A DNA stretch of 64,000 bases from Trichosphaerium sp. ATCC 40318 (taxonomy: Eukaryota; Protista; Tubulinea), in contig JALMLS010000376.1 in the NCBI GenBank assembly GCA_038496445.1, forward strand, positions 558,001 through 622,000. Direction: 5' to 3'. Position numbers and translations under genes: made by a program. Every line of letters starts with the position of its first letter. The first letter of the stretch is position 1. The notes beneath the pieces are model-generated. The model worked only from the letters and a program-made list of their open reading frames with translations. It had not been told where the DNA came from and ran no database searches. Below, in pieces: positions 14,663 to 27,744 of this stretch.

Positions 14663-16348
14663 TTATTCTTTTCGCTGAGTTGCTGCGTTTGTTGTTCCCT
14701 CAGATTGAGATAACCGCCTCTTTTGAGAACGTTTTGCACTACTACGTCTTTTTTTTACTCCAGCACGTGTAGGTGAGTTCTATGTATCCATGTTAATGTT
14801 CAATCATTATTATATCGATTGTTACCTTCGAGACATTTGGTGAGCCTGCCTTTTCTGCAGGTACATGCTCCGATTTTAATGGTTTGCGAAAGATCTCTTT
14901 GACAGAGTTTCTTCATAGTGTTAGCATTAAAATTTCGTGAGTATCGTGCCTTCGCTTCTTGACAGTTTCAGGATCACAGCAATCGCGATGATGGTGTCCG
15001 GAATGGTCATGACCATGAGACACACTTTGTTTAGGACCTTTGTTGGGTGATCTACGTACAGCGCGCTTGACAATACGCCGTGGTGAAGAAGAGGTATGAG
15101 CGTTCGATACCGATGAACCCTTTACAATTGCACTCTTGGGTCTGCGTCTTATTACTTTCCTTACAAGACGTTTTCCATTTGGGCTTTTTATACTTCCCTT
15201 AGGAACAGAACGCTTAACTACTCTCTTTACTATTCGTCGCTTGACTACTCTCTTTTTAACTGGTCCTGGCGCCTTATTTGGTGACCCTTCGCTTGTAGAG
15301 CGTTTGATAGTACGTTGTGGAGCAGACTTGTTGGGTTTCCTAGTTGGGCTGCAGTACATGTTAGTATGCAAAGATAAATTGAGAGCATACCTCGCTGAGG
15401 TACTTGACCTTCGCCTAGAGCGTTTAGGAGGTTCTCTGCTTGAAGATGACCTTCTCTGTTTTCTACAGAAATAAGAAATAGCCAAGAAAAAAAAAACGTT
15501 TTTGAGTACTTTGAAATTTCCTTCGAACTGCGCCTGTCGCGTGTAATTTTTTTACTGCCTGGTGTATTATTAGTTGTTAATACTGTACAATTTGTTTACC
15601 TCTTCGCTTTCTTCCGGTACTTTTATTTGAGTCCTCTTGTGAACCAGACACGCTTATCAATTCAACATCGGCCTTATCGGCAGTGTGTTGCTTGGTGACA
15701 CCACTTTTAGGCTTTTTCGGTTTCGCTTCCGACGCTTTTTCGCCAGTACTTGCTTTTTGTTTTTTATCACGTGATCTTGACATTTGCGGTGGTACATATT
15801 CTCTATTTCTTTCTTTCTTTAAATGATCGTTTCTGGTTACATAAAAACCGTGAACACAAAAAAAAATACAAAACAAGCTGAGAGTATATGTATAATGCGA
15901 GTGAAACGCACGTGATAGTGTTTAACAAATGTTTTCAAAATGAAATGTCGAACGCGTTTTTTTTTGTAATTGTGACAACTAAGCGTACAACTCCTTTTCT
16001 GCTTTGGCTCTTCGTTTATCTGTCGCTTTAAAAAGTGTTGGATCAGCCTATTACGAAATAAGTCACGTGGGCGTTTCACGTATAAAAAGGGTTAAAAACG
16101 TGCGTCTGGGAAGTCTATGTGATAACTTGGTACATCTGTCTGAATAATTGGTGACCTGTATAAAAAATAGTTAATACTACCCACATGCTCTTATACATCG
16201 CACACCCAGTGTGGGGTAGCTTCTTGTTTGGTTCGCGCCTCAAATTTTCAGGTTCGGTTACTACACAGCAGCAAAAACAGCATAATGCCTTCTTCTTCAT
16301 GGTTAGTGGTCTGTATGGGCTATCAACATTTTCGGACTTAAAGCTCAT
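14663..16348 (-). CDS. Lys/Arg/Ser-rich low-complexity protein with N-terminal cysteine string (ALCCFCCC) and His-rich patch, multi-exon
   Basis: ORF pieces at 16115-16348, 15577-15876 and 14913-15485 join in frame through a GC-AG intron (16048-16103) and a long intron (about 15835-15988). Confidence 0.6.
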
Positions 16349-17645
16349 GATAAAAAAAAAGAAAAAATGGTGTCAAGTTTCACTATACTCTTATGGTTTA
16401 GCCTCCTTAATTGTTCGCCGGCCACGAAAAAGATCAACGTTATCGAATTTTTCTCCACTCTTTTGGTATCCTATACGGTCGGTTTGACACGCCAATCAAG
16501 CCGTTTGGTTATGTGTAATGTTCTATTGACAAGTCAGGATAAAATCTGTTTTTAGCTGAAAGGTAAAAAACTTTTCATGCGGGAAAACGGTGGCTAAGCG
16601 CTCCTAAATATAAGTGTAACGGTCACATTATACTGTTGCAATGTACTGGCTAAACATTGGTATTTATTTATAACAAGCTTAGGAATTCAAGACCGCTGCA
16701 TGCTCAAACCATACTAGCACTTACACTTGCTATACATGCAATGCTATCAGCTTGTTTGAAGCAGACCATTTAACATTTTGTATTGCTTTTATTTCGAGCA
16801 ATGTTATTCTGGTAGGGACTCAAATAAGTAGTTGGTATCTTGTAGTAAGCTGTTTGCTTGCTCAATATACTTCTACTACATTTTACTACACGTGATTTTA
16901 ATAGTTGATGAACAGCGCCTGCGATACATGCACTGCTGATATCTTTGCGTTTCGTGGTACCTTTTTTCAAATCTCTGGCCGGAGGATTAATTACCAGCAA
17001 GCATTCCTTTTTTGTAATTAACTCGGTTTAATGGCTTGTGTACTCTTTTAAAGTATCTCGCTCTCTTCTTACACTTGCCGGAGTTGGTATCTTCCAAGCA
17101 AGTCAACAGATTTGCTGGGAGCTAGTTAATATCTAGACCACGTAGTATTTCCCACTGCGCAGTATGTCCCGTAACACCCGATACTATCGGCGGTTGTACG
17201 AAATACTGCACCCGATACTTTTTGCCACGTACTTTCACGTGTACACAAAGCGGTACTTGTTAAGGCTTACTTAACCACTCGAAGTTAAGGGCGTAGGACA
17301 GTTCGATCTATCATTCAAGGCAAATAGAAAAAGCTATTAGTCTCTATGATCTATTTAGCACGGCCATACTATTTGGCCGAGCGTACACCGCAACAATCAG
17401 TTTAAAGGCGGAAGTTTTGTTTATCCGTGCGGTTGTCACACAAAAACCCGCTATCCTTTCTAATCAGTAATATAACGAGTTTATTTTTACACCGTCGAGC
17501 GGTTAGTTGATAATCGTTGATCTTTGTACACAACAACTAGCGACAAAAAAAAAGAAAGAAAGGGCTAATTGCTTTTTACTGATTTTGGACGTGCATCTAG
17601 GACGGTTTACGTAATTTCCCAATAAATCTTTTTTCCAAAACTGCT

Positions 17646-19136
17646 TTATGATTTCATTCTTTGTACAAGCGCCAACCATTTACCTAAATGGCAAGTGAGC
17701 GTAAGAAGACATAAAGACCCCTATTTGTTTTTGCAAAAAACCATAAGAAGAGTCGTTGTTGTTTACCTAGTGTGTATGCTTTTGTTCCACCAAACTTTGT
17801 GTGAAGCTGGTCTATATCTACATGTTCAAGAAGCCCATCGAGTGTTGTAAATTGAACCTGTTTTAAAAAAATCTGTATTGAGTTTGTGTCCAGTATAACG
17901 CGATAAAGGTGTACCCTAGACATGAGCTTGTTCTTGAAAAAAAGCTTCCCTACTTGTAACGCTGGTTTCATTAGCGTGGGAGCATTGATTACTAAAATCT
18001 GCTTTATGCGAACCGGAAAAGTGCTCTAGTCGTTGTCAACGCAATAGTCTACGCGTAGAAGTACCTGTGCCAGTAACGCTATTCGGCTAAAACCCATGTT
18101 TACTTGTCGAAGACTAAAACCCTGCAAATCTACTATAACAGCAACTCCGTTGCGCATCGCTTCAATACTAGTAACATGACGTCAGAGTTTGTCCGTAATA
18201 AAACGTGTACTGCCACGTAACAGATTTCCTGTTTTTGAACATACAAATTGAGCAAAAAAACATGAGAAAAAACGCCTAAAGAATACCTTTTGTACCCAAA
18301 ACATTACAAATTGGGAAGACTTTTTAATTCTCCGTAAGATAACGTACGTTTCTGTAAATACACCAGTAGTCATATGCCACACAAGCCAGTCTACCAATTG
18401 AGCATTTGTATACTTCCGCATATTCAGTTTGGCTGGTTTTACATAGTTTAAAGCTAATCCGTTCTTTGTTCTTGTACCAGGTACCATCCAAAAGCACCTG
18501 TCATGCGTTTTGTTAATTTTATTCTTACGAGATATTAAATAGGGTTTTTACAACCTGCAGGCTTTAAAGGTAAAATCGCAAACTGCGTAGAAAAACTTTG
18601 CGACGTTAGTAAAATCAATTGGAGGCAATAAAGCGCAACACAGTTTCTCGTGAACAAAAAAAGACTAGCGGCCCATTTGCGGGTAATGCTAACCGTACCC
18701 AGTACAATAAATACCAAGACAAGATTGTATAGATGGTATAGCGGCCAGTTTTTGCGAGTTGAAGAATTTAGTGTATTTGTTCACCATCTGCACTGTTCTA
18801 GCGACATCAAATTTCCGACTCATTAAGCATGCCATTAGATACGCATCACCGAACCCTGTACATAACAATCAGACGGATAAGGAGAATGACAGAATAAAAA
18901 TAACAAGGAGTGAACGAAAGAAACGGCACTATCGGGCGAGATAAGTTAACCCGAAAGAACACGCTACAGTATTTTTTTGACTATGTTTTTTAGATATTCT
19001 GCGCTTGTTATTTTTTCAGTAAAAAAGCGTGTTTACCTTTTGTCTCTTCGTTTTGCTTTAAAACCTCTAATACTTCTTTCTCTTCGCTAGTGATATCTCC
19101 TATACTTAAAGAAGCTGTTGGTTTTAAAGTAAGCAT
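17646..19136 (-). CDS. CRAL-TRIO (Sec14-like) lipid-binding protein, multi-exon
   Basis: DAYLMACLMSRKFDV; NGVAVIVDLQGF; FPVRIKQILVINAP; KLMSRVQF; FGGT. Confidence 0.85.
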
Positions 19137-19445
19137 TTTAGGTATATTTTGTTTGGAGGTGTTGTTTATGTTGTTTTTGTGTTTTCACAAATAACTGCGA
19201 GGAGAAGCTGAGCTTTTTGTGGTTTCCCTTTTATTGCGGGTACAGTAAGCTTTTAGAACTTCGCCAATCAGTTCAAGAAAAGACAGCGTTCACGCGCTTG
19301 TTGCGGCCAAGTGGAAGGAAGTACTATGTGTACTTTTACGTCGCGATATGTTCACGAAAAATTAGGAGATTTCACGTGAATTGACAAAAAAGACTCCATT
19401 AGCTACAGTTCAAACAGCGATTGCCACTCCTCTTCAACACCAATA

Positions 19446-22400
19446 ATGGCCATAATTAAGCCAGTTTTGAAGTTCGTAAAGCGTACTTACTCTGACCCTG
19501 TTGTATGGCTCTTTTCCTTTTGGGTACGGTGAACCTTTTCAAATCTGGACCGAAACCCAAACGTTTTTACTAACATGTCACACGTTGTAGTTTGTTTTCT
19601 TCTTCTTCAACGGAGTTGATATGGTATCACCTAATGCAAGACACTTTGGTGGTAACAGACTAAATGACACACTTTTTAACGGAGAAGATTGGGTTGATGT
19701 ACGTCATCACTTACGAACTCAATTTTATGCATTCAGAAAGTGTTAACAATCTCATAATCTTTAGATACCTTTTTATAGAGGATTCAGAGATAATGCTTAT
19801 AAATACGTGGAACAATGGAACTCAACAAGATTTACGGAAGAAAAAGCTTACGATGCTGCACGCGGTATTATGTACTTCATTGGCGTACATAATATGATAC
19901 TTGGTATCATCGCATTCTTTGGCATTCTTCCCATTTTCCCTAAGTATGTAAACCAACTGCGAAAGTATATGACCTATGTATTTTTTCTTTGGTTCACTTG
20001 GCTCTGTTGTATGGACGTTGTATTTAATGAGCGTATGGCGCTATGGAAACATACAAGTACGTGGAACACAAAAAAAGCTGAATCACGTTATGCGAACGTT
20101 GTGTTTCTTGTCTTTTTTCGGCTAATTTGCCGTTTAGTGTTGTTCGCTATGCCGTTGCTGTTTGTTGCTCTACATATGCCTTATCGTAGAATGATGTTAA
20201 AGAAAACAAGGACATTCTTTATACCATTCTTCTGGTTCGTATACTGGGGTATGAACTCAATAGATGTAATACCAAACGTACGTTCACGTTTTTTTTGAAA
20301 TCTGTTTTGAGATGGGTTTTTTTTATTGGACAATTTATGATGACAAATCACGTGATTAAAAAAAAATCTTTGGTTCAACATACTATTTTTATCGTTTTTT
20401 CAAGAAGTCTAACACGGTTTTATTTTTTAGTTGACAGTAAAAGAAAGAGAAGACTCATTTGGAGTGTACTTCGCTAGTATTGGCTTGCGTGCTTGGGGTA
20501 ACCCAATTTTGATAATCGCCAAGATTGTTGAAGCACTATTTGCTTTATTGTTTCTATTGGCTATCTTTACACCTCACAAGAAGGTAAACTTGTTTTTTTT
20601 TTTGTTTTATTTTTTTCTTCTTTTGTTGACGAATACGTTTGTATCTATTCGAGCGTATAATGTAAAAAATTGTTTATGCTGATACGAAATAACTTCATCA
20701 GAAAAGCTCACGTGCATCATATAATGCTATGTTCAGCGCTTTGTGAATTTTTTTGTATTGAAGAAACCATGGTTTTTAAATTTTTACAGTTGTGCTTACG
20801 TTTCGGATAGGATCGTTATGCTGAAGGTTTTCTACAAAAAATATGGTTCATGGATAAGGTTAGAGCAGGTATTGTTGGTACAGCGATATTGTTTGTTACG
20901 TTCATTATGGGTGCGTTTTGTTTCTCCGTTTTTTTATTTTTTGATTTTTTTTTAACTCGTTCGTCTAGGTGATATCTTCTTTGGTGACCAATATGAAGTT
21001 TGGGAACATGCTTCGTACCTCATCTTCACTTTTGTGCACTTGCTCACTTTCGAGGACCGACTGGAAGATTGTTGTCCATGCTCTTACGGCCTTGAGTCTT
21101 CAGACGAAGAAGACGACCAAAAAGTAGCTATGAAAAAAAAGAAAACAAAGAAGAATTCCAAAAAGTCTGGAGGTGTACCTCTTGCTTCTTCTGTACGTTA
21201 CATCCATTGTGTACTACTACAATATCCGTTTATTTACACAATTCTTCACAATAGCCAATCACAATTACAAACGGCGATGTACCTGATGTTTTGATTATCA
21301 ACGGTTATAGTTCCCTTCATCCAGATGGACTTCGCAGTAAAACAAAAAAGACCCTGTCTCAACAAGTCGTTACACAGCTTGAGGATGAGCTCGAAAACTT
21401 CAACACACTATGTGTAGCTACTATTCACATTGAGGTAAGAAAGCAGGAAAAACTACAAAGAAGTTTTCCCAAAAAAGAAAGAAAAAACACAAACACAACT
21501 ATCAAACTAGTTTCTTAGTTATCACAAATATTTTCGCCTAATCGATTTATTTTTAGGAACTTGATATGAGTCCAGCTACAATTCAACACTGTCAAGAGCT
21601 GATAACTCAAACCCAAGCTTTTGTATTTGTGTACCCTGTGCACTGGTACAATATGCCTGGTAAGATGAAGTATTTCATAGACTCAGCATTTGTTAGCGGC
21701 GTAGCCTACAAATTTTACACAGAAAGGTAAATGATTTGGGATTGTTTTTGTTTTGTGTTTTTACAACGTTACATTTTTTTCTTCTTTTTTTAGTATTCTC
21801 TTAACGTTTTTGCTTACGTTGCTCTTTAGAAACTGGAGATACAACCCACTTATTTATTTCACAACATGGTTCGGTTCATACTTCTTCTGGATGACACCTT
21901 GCTTCCGTTCCATCGCACAACGTACAGGTGTTAAACGCTTGTTGGATGGCAAAGTAGCGTACATCTTCAGAAGCTATGGAGGACCTTCAATGGGTAGTAG
22001 AATTTTCCCAGGTGTAGAAAACACACTTGATAGAGCTGTATTGAAGTTCAGTGGTGTCAGCGTTAAAGGAGTTTACGAAGGTACGCTTCAAAATCAACAC
22101 AACAAAAAACACGTGCTTTTTTTTCGTAACGAAACCTTTTCTCCATTTCTCCGTGTGATCACAAAAAAAAACTGATTGTTCGAAATAGTACACAACGTTG
22201 ACCGTAAGAACTACGCATACAAGAATGCTCAAGATAACTTTATCAAATTCGCCAAGACAAAGATAAATAAGATAGCTACGACTATGACAATATTCAAGAC
22301 AGAAAACAGAAAAAGAAGTAGCCCACCACTACAGTCAGTTGCAGTTTCATCAGACACAAAAGCAGTTGGCCAAATGAATACTGTTAAGCCTAGTGGCGAC

Positions 22401-22658
22401 AGTGCTGAAGAAATGAGTCCAATGAATACAAGCACATCTGGTTCCGATACACCTGATTCGGACGCACTTCCAGTAACTCCATCTGTATTAGCTACAACAC
22501 CTACACCTCTTCAGCAACAACCTGACGATGAGAGTGATAGCGATGACAGCGACTTCGAGCAACCTACATTGAAGAGATCTAAAAAGAAGAAAAGAAAAAA
22601 GGGTCAAAGGAGAAGCTTAATCATTGGAAGTGAAGAAGAGGAAGACAATGAGGAGTGA
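19446..22658 (+). CDS. Multi-pass membrane protein fused to a flavodoxin-2 (NAD(P)H:quinone oxidoreductase-like) domain with an acidic/basic disordered tail
   Basis: Hydrophobic exons at 19446-21050; AFVFVYPVHWYNMPGKMKYFIDSAFVSGVAY and LLDGKVAYIFRSYGGP match the flavodoxin-2 family pattern. Confidence 0.75.
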
Positions 22659-23106
22659 ACTCTTTGACTTTCGAAAAAAAAAAAGTATGTGTAAATAAAA
22701 AACCAAAGTGCAGTTTAGTTAAGGTAGCACTGTTAGAAGAAACTTTGTCTTTGTTTATTTTCGGATTGCATTCGGCACTTTGTTTACTGCTCATTGTTGT
22801 CACATAAAAGTATCTACCTTGGGAGTGTATTACAATCTACAATTAAATTCTGTGTATTTCCACTAACGTCATGGACAGACCTTCCGTTCCTGTGCAGACC
22901 TGTATCTTAGGTGATTAAACATTTGAGGATCGCCCATGTCCAATCTTTGTAGTATACTTGGCACTTGCGACGGTCGGACTGTCATCTTTTGGTGGCACTT
23001 TTACAAAAATTCCGATATTCGAGGTTCTGTTGGCACAAAGGATAACAGCACGTGCAAGCTTATTTAAAAATGTTTATTTTCTAGAGTGACTTACATTCTA
23101 CAAGTT

Positions 23107-23767
23107 TTATAGTTCAATTTTAATGCCAGATGTAGCGATCAACGATTGTGCGTATGTTGCTGTTTCAGCTGGGAGCCATGGTAATACAGCACGAACGCCC
23201 AAACCAGCGAAACATGTATAAAACAATACCTACAAACAAAAACTGTTATGCTTCGTTTAACAAGACCTGTACGTACGCGCATGGCAAAAATTGACACTTT
23301 GAAGCCTGGAATACGCTTCTCAGGGTCTTGGATGTACCCTTGAGCGTACCAGTGGCGACCTTTTGTAAATCAACGTTAGCGGGAGCGCAGTAGCGTAATC
23401 TGTAACGAACCTAGCACGTAGAGTGCGCCTGCAGCGGTGGCGAGGTAAGGGTGTACGAATACAGCGTTGAGCCATAGCGCTGGTAGGAATAGTGCTAGCC
23501 ACTCCAATGTATTCTACAAGAATAATTGACACGCGCCTGTTATGACAAAAGTAGTACCTGCTGTACTCTAAACGCGCGATCGAACTCCTCGTGACCAGTT
23601 ACCTTTGGTGGTTTAATGTTATGCTTTTCTAAAGCGTAAAATGAGCTTTAATACGCCTATAATACTGTTTTACGTCTCATTTTTCCAACAAGGCCCATTG
23701 TGCCAACATATTGAAAGAGTGACGTTGCTGTTACGAGAGCTGGGTATACAAAGCTTTGTACGTTCAT
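23107..23767 (-). CDS. MAPEG family protein (microsomal GST2/LTC4 synthase-like), 5 coding exons; missed by the ORF track
   Basis: Spliced: MNVQSFVYPALVT...GKMRQKHNIKPPKVTGHEEFDRAFRVQQNTLEWLALFLPALW...GRHWYAQGYIQDPEKRIPGF...GIKIEL*. Confidence 0.9.
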
Positions 23768-24306
23768 GTTTTTATCGTTTGAGTATTATAGAATGCCCAC
23801 AAAGGGTTAAGTTAAACGGGCAATCGTTTACCCTACGCGGGCATACTAATTGTACAAGTTTACTTTAGCAGCGCGTGATATTCGTATTCATTATCGCCAT
23901 AGCAATACGTGTATTAGCTTGCATCGTGTGACGAGCAGTATAGCCGTGTGCATGACTAGCAAAATAGACAAGTATGGAATAACTGGGAAAAATCTCTGGT
24001 CCGTGTAAAGCACTCTTGCGCGTACCTATAGCGCATCATGTAGCGTCACAGCATAACGTTGCATCCAGCCGTGAGCTCACAGAGTTATGCCAAAATATCT
24101 AACCGGATTTCTTACTTTTTCTTTTAATGGCACTACAATCTTTTCTGGAGAACGGTCTTTGAGTCCTCAAGCTCCATTGAAACCTAAGAGTTTCTACTAG
24201 AGAGGTGTAGGCCGGTCTGGTTGTTTCGGTCCATGCACCGGATAGTTTTGTGCCTTAACGCCAGGTAATTTTCACAGATTTTAGTGAATTCGTTTTAACT
24301 GTAGTG

Positions 24307-27300
24307 ATGGCTGCTCGTTCCGCAAAGCCCACGCCTATACCATGGAAAGCGACGATTATGGTCGGAGTCGTCATGTTATGTGATAACATGGTACTAAGTC
24401 TAAAACTGTTGAAATAATGCTAACGTGTTGCAGGCGCTTTACCAGATCATCCCTTACGCACCTTTTCTTGTTAAAAAGTTTCTTGGGGTTTGTTCACAAA
24501 GAGCCTTGTTTAATGCGTAATCCTAACTCTCAATAGATACCCGATACAGAAAAAGGGCGTATTGGCTATTATGCAGGTAAATACATCCGCTTTGAAACTT
24601 CAAGTATTTCTCCTTACTTTTGCTTTAGGTCTTATTACATCCGCTTACGCGTTTGCACAACTTTTGAGCAGGTTAGATCATCATTTGAGATCTTTTCAGA
24701 AACATTATGATTTTGAGCCTTGGAAGTAATTTAAAACTAGTTTTCCCATTGGAAGCCTTTCAGATAGATTTGGTAGACGTGCTGTAATTGTTGGCGGTAT
24801 GATCGGCACGGTACACATGACACAACTAGATCAAACAACATTTCTTTTTTTCTAACCCACGTGACAGACGATAGCGACATTTGCTTTTGGTTTTGCAAAG
24901 TCTTTTTGGTTTGCGCTTCTAACGCGGGCATTTAATGGACTTGTTAATGGCAATGCAGGAGTGGTAAAGACGTATCGTACGAAGAGATTTTAACGCGAAA
25001 AAAACCTTGCCAAAAAAAAAAATTTTCAACGTAATTTAACGCCTCTTAGTTGCTCAATGCACAGATAACACTAATAAAGCGAGAGCATTTGCTGTATTTG
25101 GTATAGCTGGTGGTCTAGGACGAATTAGTACGCTCACTGTGGTGATATTGTTGCTTCACATTTTTTCTGAAATCACAAGTTGGATCAGTTTTGTTTACTC
25201 ACTGACCTCTCCTAGTTGGACCTTTGATCGGTGGTACACTTCAAGAGCCATCAGCGAGTTATCCAAAGGTAAACAAACTAACCTCCAGTTAGAAACAGCA
25301 ATTTTTCTTCAATCTTGCCTTAACCTATCGCCAAGAAAGTTATGGTATACGAAGCACCAGCCTCCGGACATGTGTATACCCTCACCATATGTCATTACGT
25401 GATATGTTAAGGCAGCATTGAAAAAAATTTGCTGTTTCTGAATTGATGTTTTTGCTTGTGATGTTGATTCTTATTTTTCTCTGTCTTAGCTGTTTCCTAA
25501 AGGATCATTCTTTGATACATTTCCATACATGCTCCCTTGTCTTGCATCAATGGTTTTCACAATAACAGGCCTTATTCTTGCTTTCCTATTCGTCAAAGAA
25601 CCTAAACCACGTGTACTTTATTTAATCCACTACGTTTACTATATTAACTCTACTCTTTCTAGACAACGTCTGTGGAGATTGAGATGGAGGAAACTCTTAT
25701 TATTAACGAAGATGATATTGATAATAGCTCCTCAGAAAGTGGTGACGAAGATTCGAATTCAGATGTAGGCGTACCACGTGATGATGTGAAGCCTCCTGGT
25801 TTCTTTAGATCGTTATCAAAGAATTGCACAGCGTTTGATATGAATGTTATCAGTAATAGAACTGTATGGCTTGCTACATCAATGTATGGTTTAATTGCTT
25901 TCCAATCTATCGTTTTTGATGAAGTATTCAGTCTACTCATGTACGTACTTTTTTTGCTTTTTTTTCTCGTGAGAAGTAAGTTGAGTGGTGTTTGTCTTCA
26001 TCTCTCAACTCTTTTGGTTTCCAATGTTTATAACATAAAGGATCAAGGAATCTGAATTGATTTATTATGACTTTGTCCGAAGTGAAAGTATTCTAAAGGC
26101 GATGTGTTTGCACAACTTCATAACAATTTTGTTTGTTTCTTTCAAACTAATGTTCTTTTTTTGTTTAGATTGGGACCTCCGGAACAAGGTGGATTAAACT
26201 TTGATGCTAAGCGTATTGGTATCTGTATTAGCGCTGCTGGCGGTTGTGTTATGGTTTACCAGCTTTGTATATACCCACATATTGTCAAGTACCTTGGACC
26301 ATTAAAATCTATGAGGGTACGACTTCACTTTTTTAATCCTTGCTCTCCCACACGTGATCTTTATTTTTTTTTGATACAAATTAAATTAAATTCGGTCGTA
26401 AAGAAAGTACATTTTGACACAAGACCTTTAATGAGGAGAGTGCAAACACTACTTTTGTTTTTTAACTTTGGTTTTTTGCTTTAGATTGCACAGTTTAGTG
26501 TTGGTATTGTAATGCTCATATTTCCTTTTGTTGGATTGTTGCATAAAAACGTGGTTCTTTCTTGGATTGCAGTTATAGCATTAATGATACGTACGTGTAA
26601 TTGAATTTTTTTGACAGCGATTTGTTGTGAGCATCAGCCTTTTTTTTGAAAAATTTGGCGCGTGGCCTGCTTTTTGATGGGTTGATGCGATGATTATTTT
26701 TAAAACCAATCAAGTTCTCTTACTTCAATCGGTCAGAGCATCTGTCTAATACACAGAAGGTTGTGAGTTCAAGTCTCATAGGGAACATTAAAATTGTTGT
26801 TTTTCTAATTGATTTATTTTATCATACTTTTTTAGGAATAGAACTAACTTGTCTTTTTCAGTACGATATTTATTTGTTATTACTGTATACACATGCACAT
26901 TCGTTCTTATTGCGAACTGTATTGAGGAGACTAAGCTTGGTGCTGTTAATGGTACGCGAGATTTAAAGAAAAATTGTACAAGATTTTTCGCTTACTGAAC
27001 TGTTTTGAAGGTATCGGGCAATCTTTAGCTTCTTTTGCTAGGGGAGTAGGTATGTGACCTTGTCTTGTATTTAAACGTTTAATTTTTATTTCTGATATTA
27101 TGCATACATAAAAATTAGAAAACAATCACGTGATATTATTCCAACAAGATAGTTTAAAGTTTCTTCAAATACCATTTGTCATTATTTACAGGTTTTTTTA
27201 GGACCTACACTGGGTGCTACGTTATTTGCTTGGTCTCAAACGTGGAATATACATATATGGCCACTCGATTTCCATTTTGTTCATGTTATGATTGCAGTAG

Positions 27301-27506
27301 TTGCCTTCATAAACTTTACGAACACTTTTTTTCTTCCAAAAGGGATAGAAAGTACTTTTGTATCTCACAGCTCTGCATCAGACTATTCAGCTGCTCAAAC
27401 GGCATCTCCTCTACAATCTGATGATAACGAGTATCACTCTGATAATATCACACTAGATGGAGAAGATGAAGACGATAGGCTTGTTCCGTTAGAACATATG
27501 TCATGA
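24307..27506 (+). CDS. Major facilitator superfamily transporter (ZIF-like/DHA1 type), multi-exon with several long structured introns
   Basis: IGYYAG, motif A GSLSDRFGRRAVI, FPYMLPCL, GGLNFDAKRIG, LGAVNGIGQS, GPTLGATLFAWS. Confidence 0.9.
25286..25445 (+). repeat. Intronic long imperfect hairpin (about 46-nt arms) in MFS intron 25269-25489
   Basis: cagttagaaacagcaatttttcttcaatcttgccttaacctatcgc pairs with gtgatatgttaaggcagcattgaaaaaaatttgctgtttctgaattg; several non-Watson-Crick positions are G-U on the sense strand; inner ggtatacg/tgtatacc stem. Confidence 0.85.
26714..26787 (+). tRNA. tRNA-Ile (anticodon AAT) inside an intron of the MFS gene; D-stem imperfect
   Basis: Acceptor GTTCTCT/AGGGAAC+A; anticodon stem TCTGT/ACAGA with loop CT-AAT-AC; T arm GTGAG-TTCAAGT-CTCAT; 74 nt; downstream T tract. 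Confidence 0.85.
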
Positions 27507-27744
27507 ACTTCCACCTAAAAAAATTACCAACCGTTTTGTTGTTTTTGTGAACAACGCCCATGTAAATAAAACTTTAGATACACTAAATGTTTAAGTTAAT
27601 ACTAGACCCCTTACCAAACTAGACCGCAATCGCGATAAGTCTAAAATTTTTTGTATTGACTTAAAATAGCCGACTAGTGTAGGTGCTTTATTGATGATAT
27701 TACAACTGATGTTAGCAGTAAGTCAAACATGATTAGTTTGTTTT

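Noticed and set aside
25941-26484. H/ACA snoRNAs in MFS introns (hairpins followed by ACA)
   Set aside because: No clear H box or demonstrable rRNA guide; ACA is expected by chance. Kept only as structured introns.
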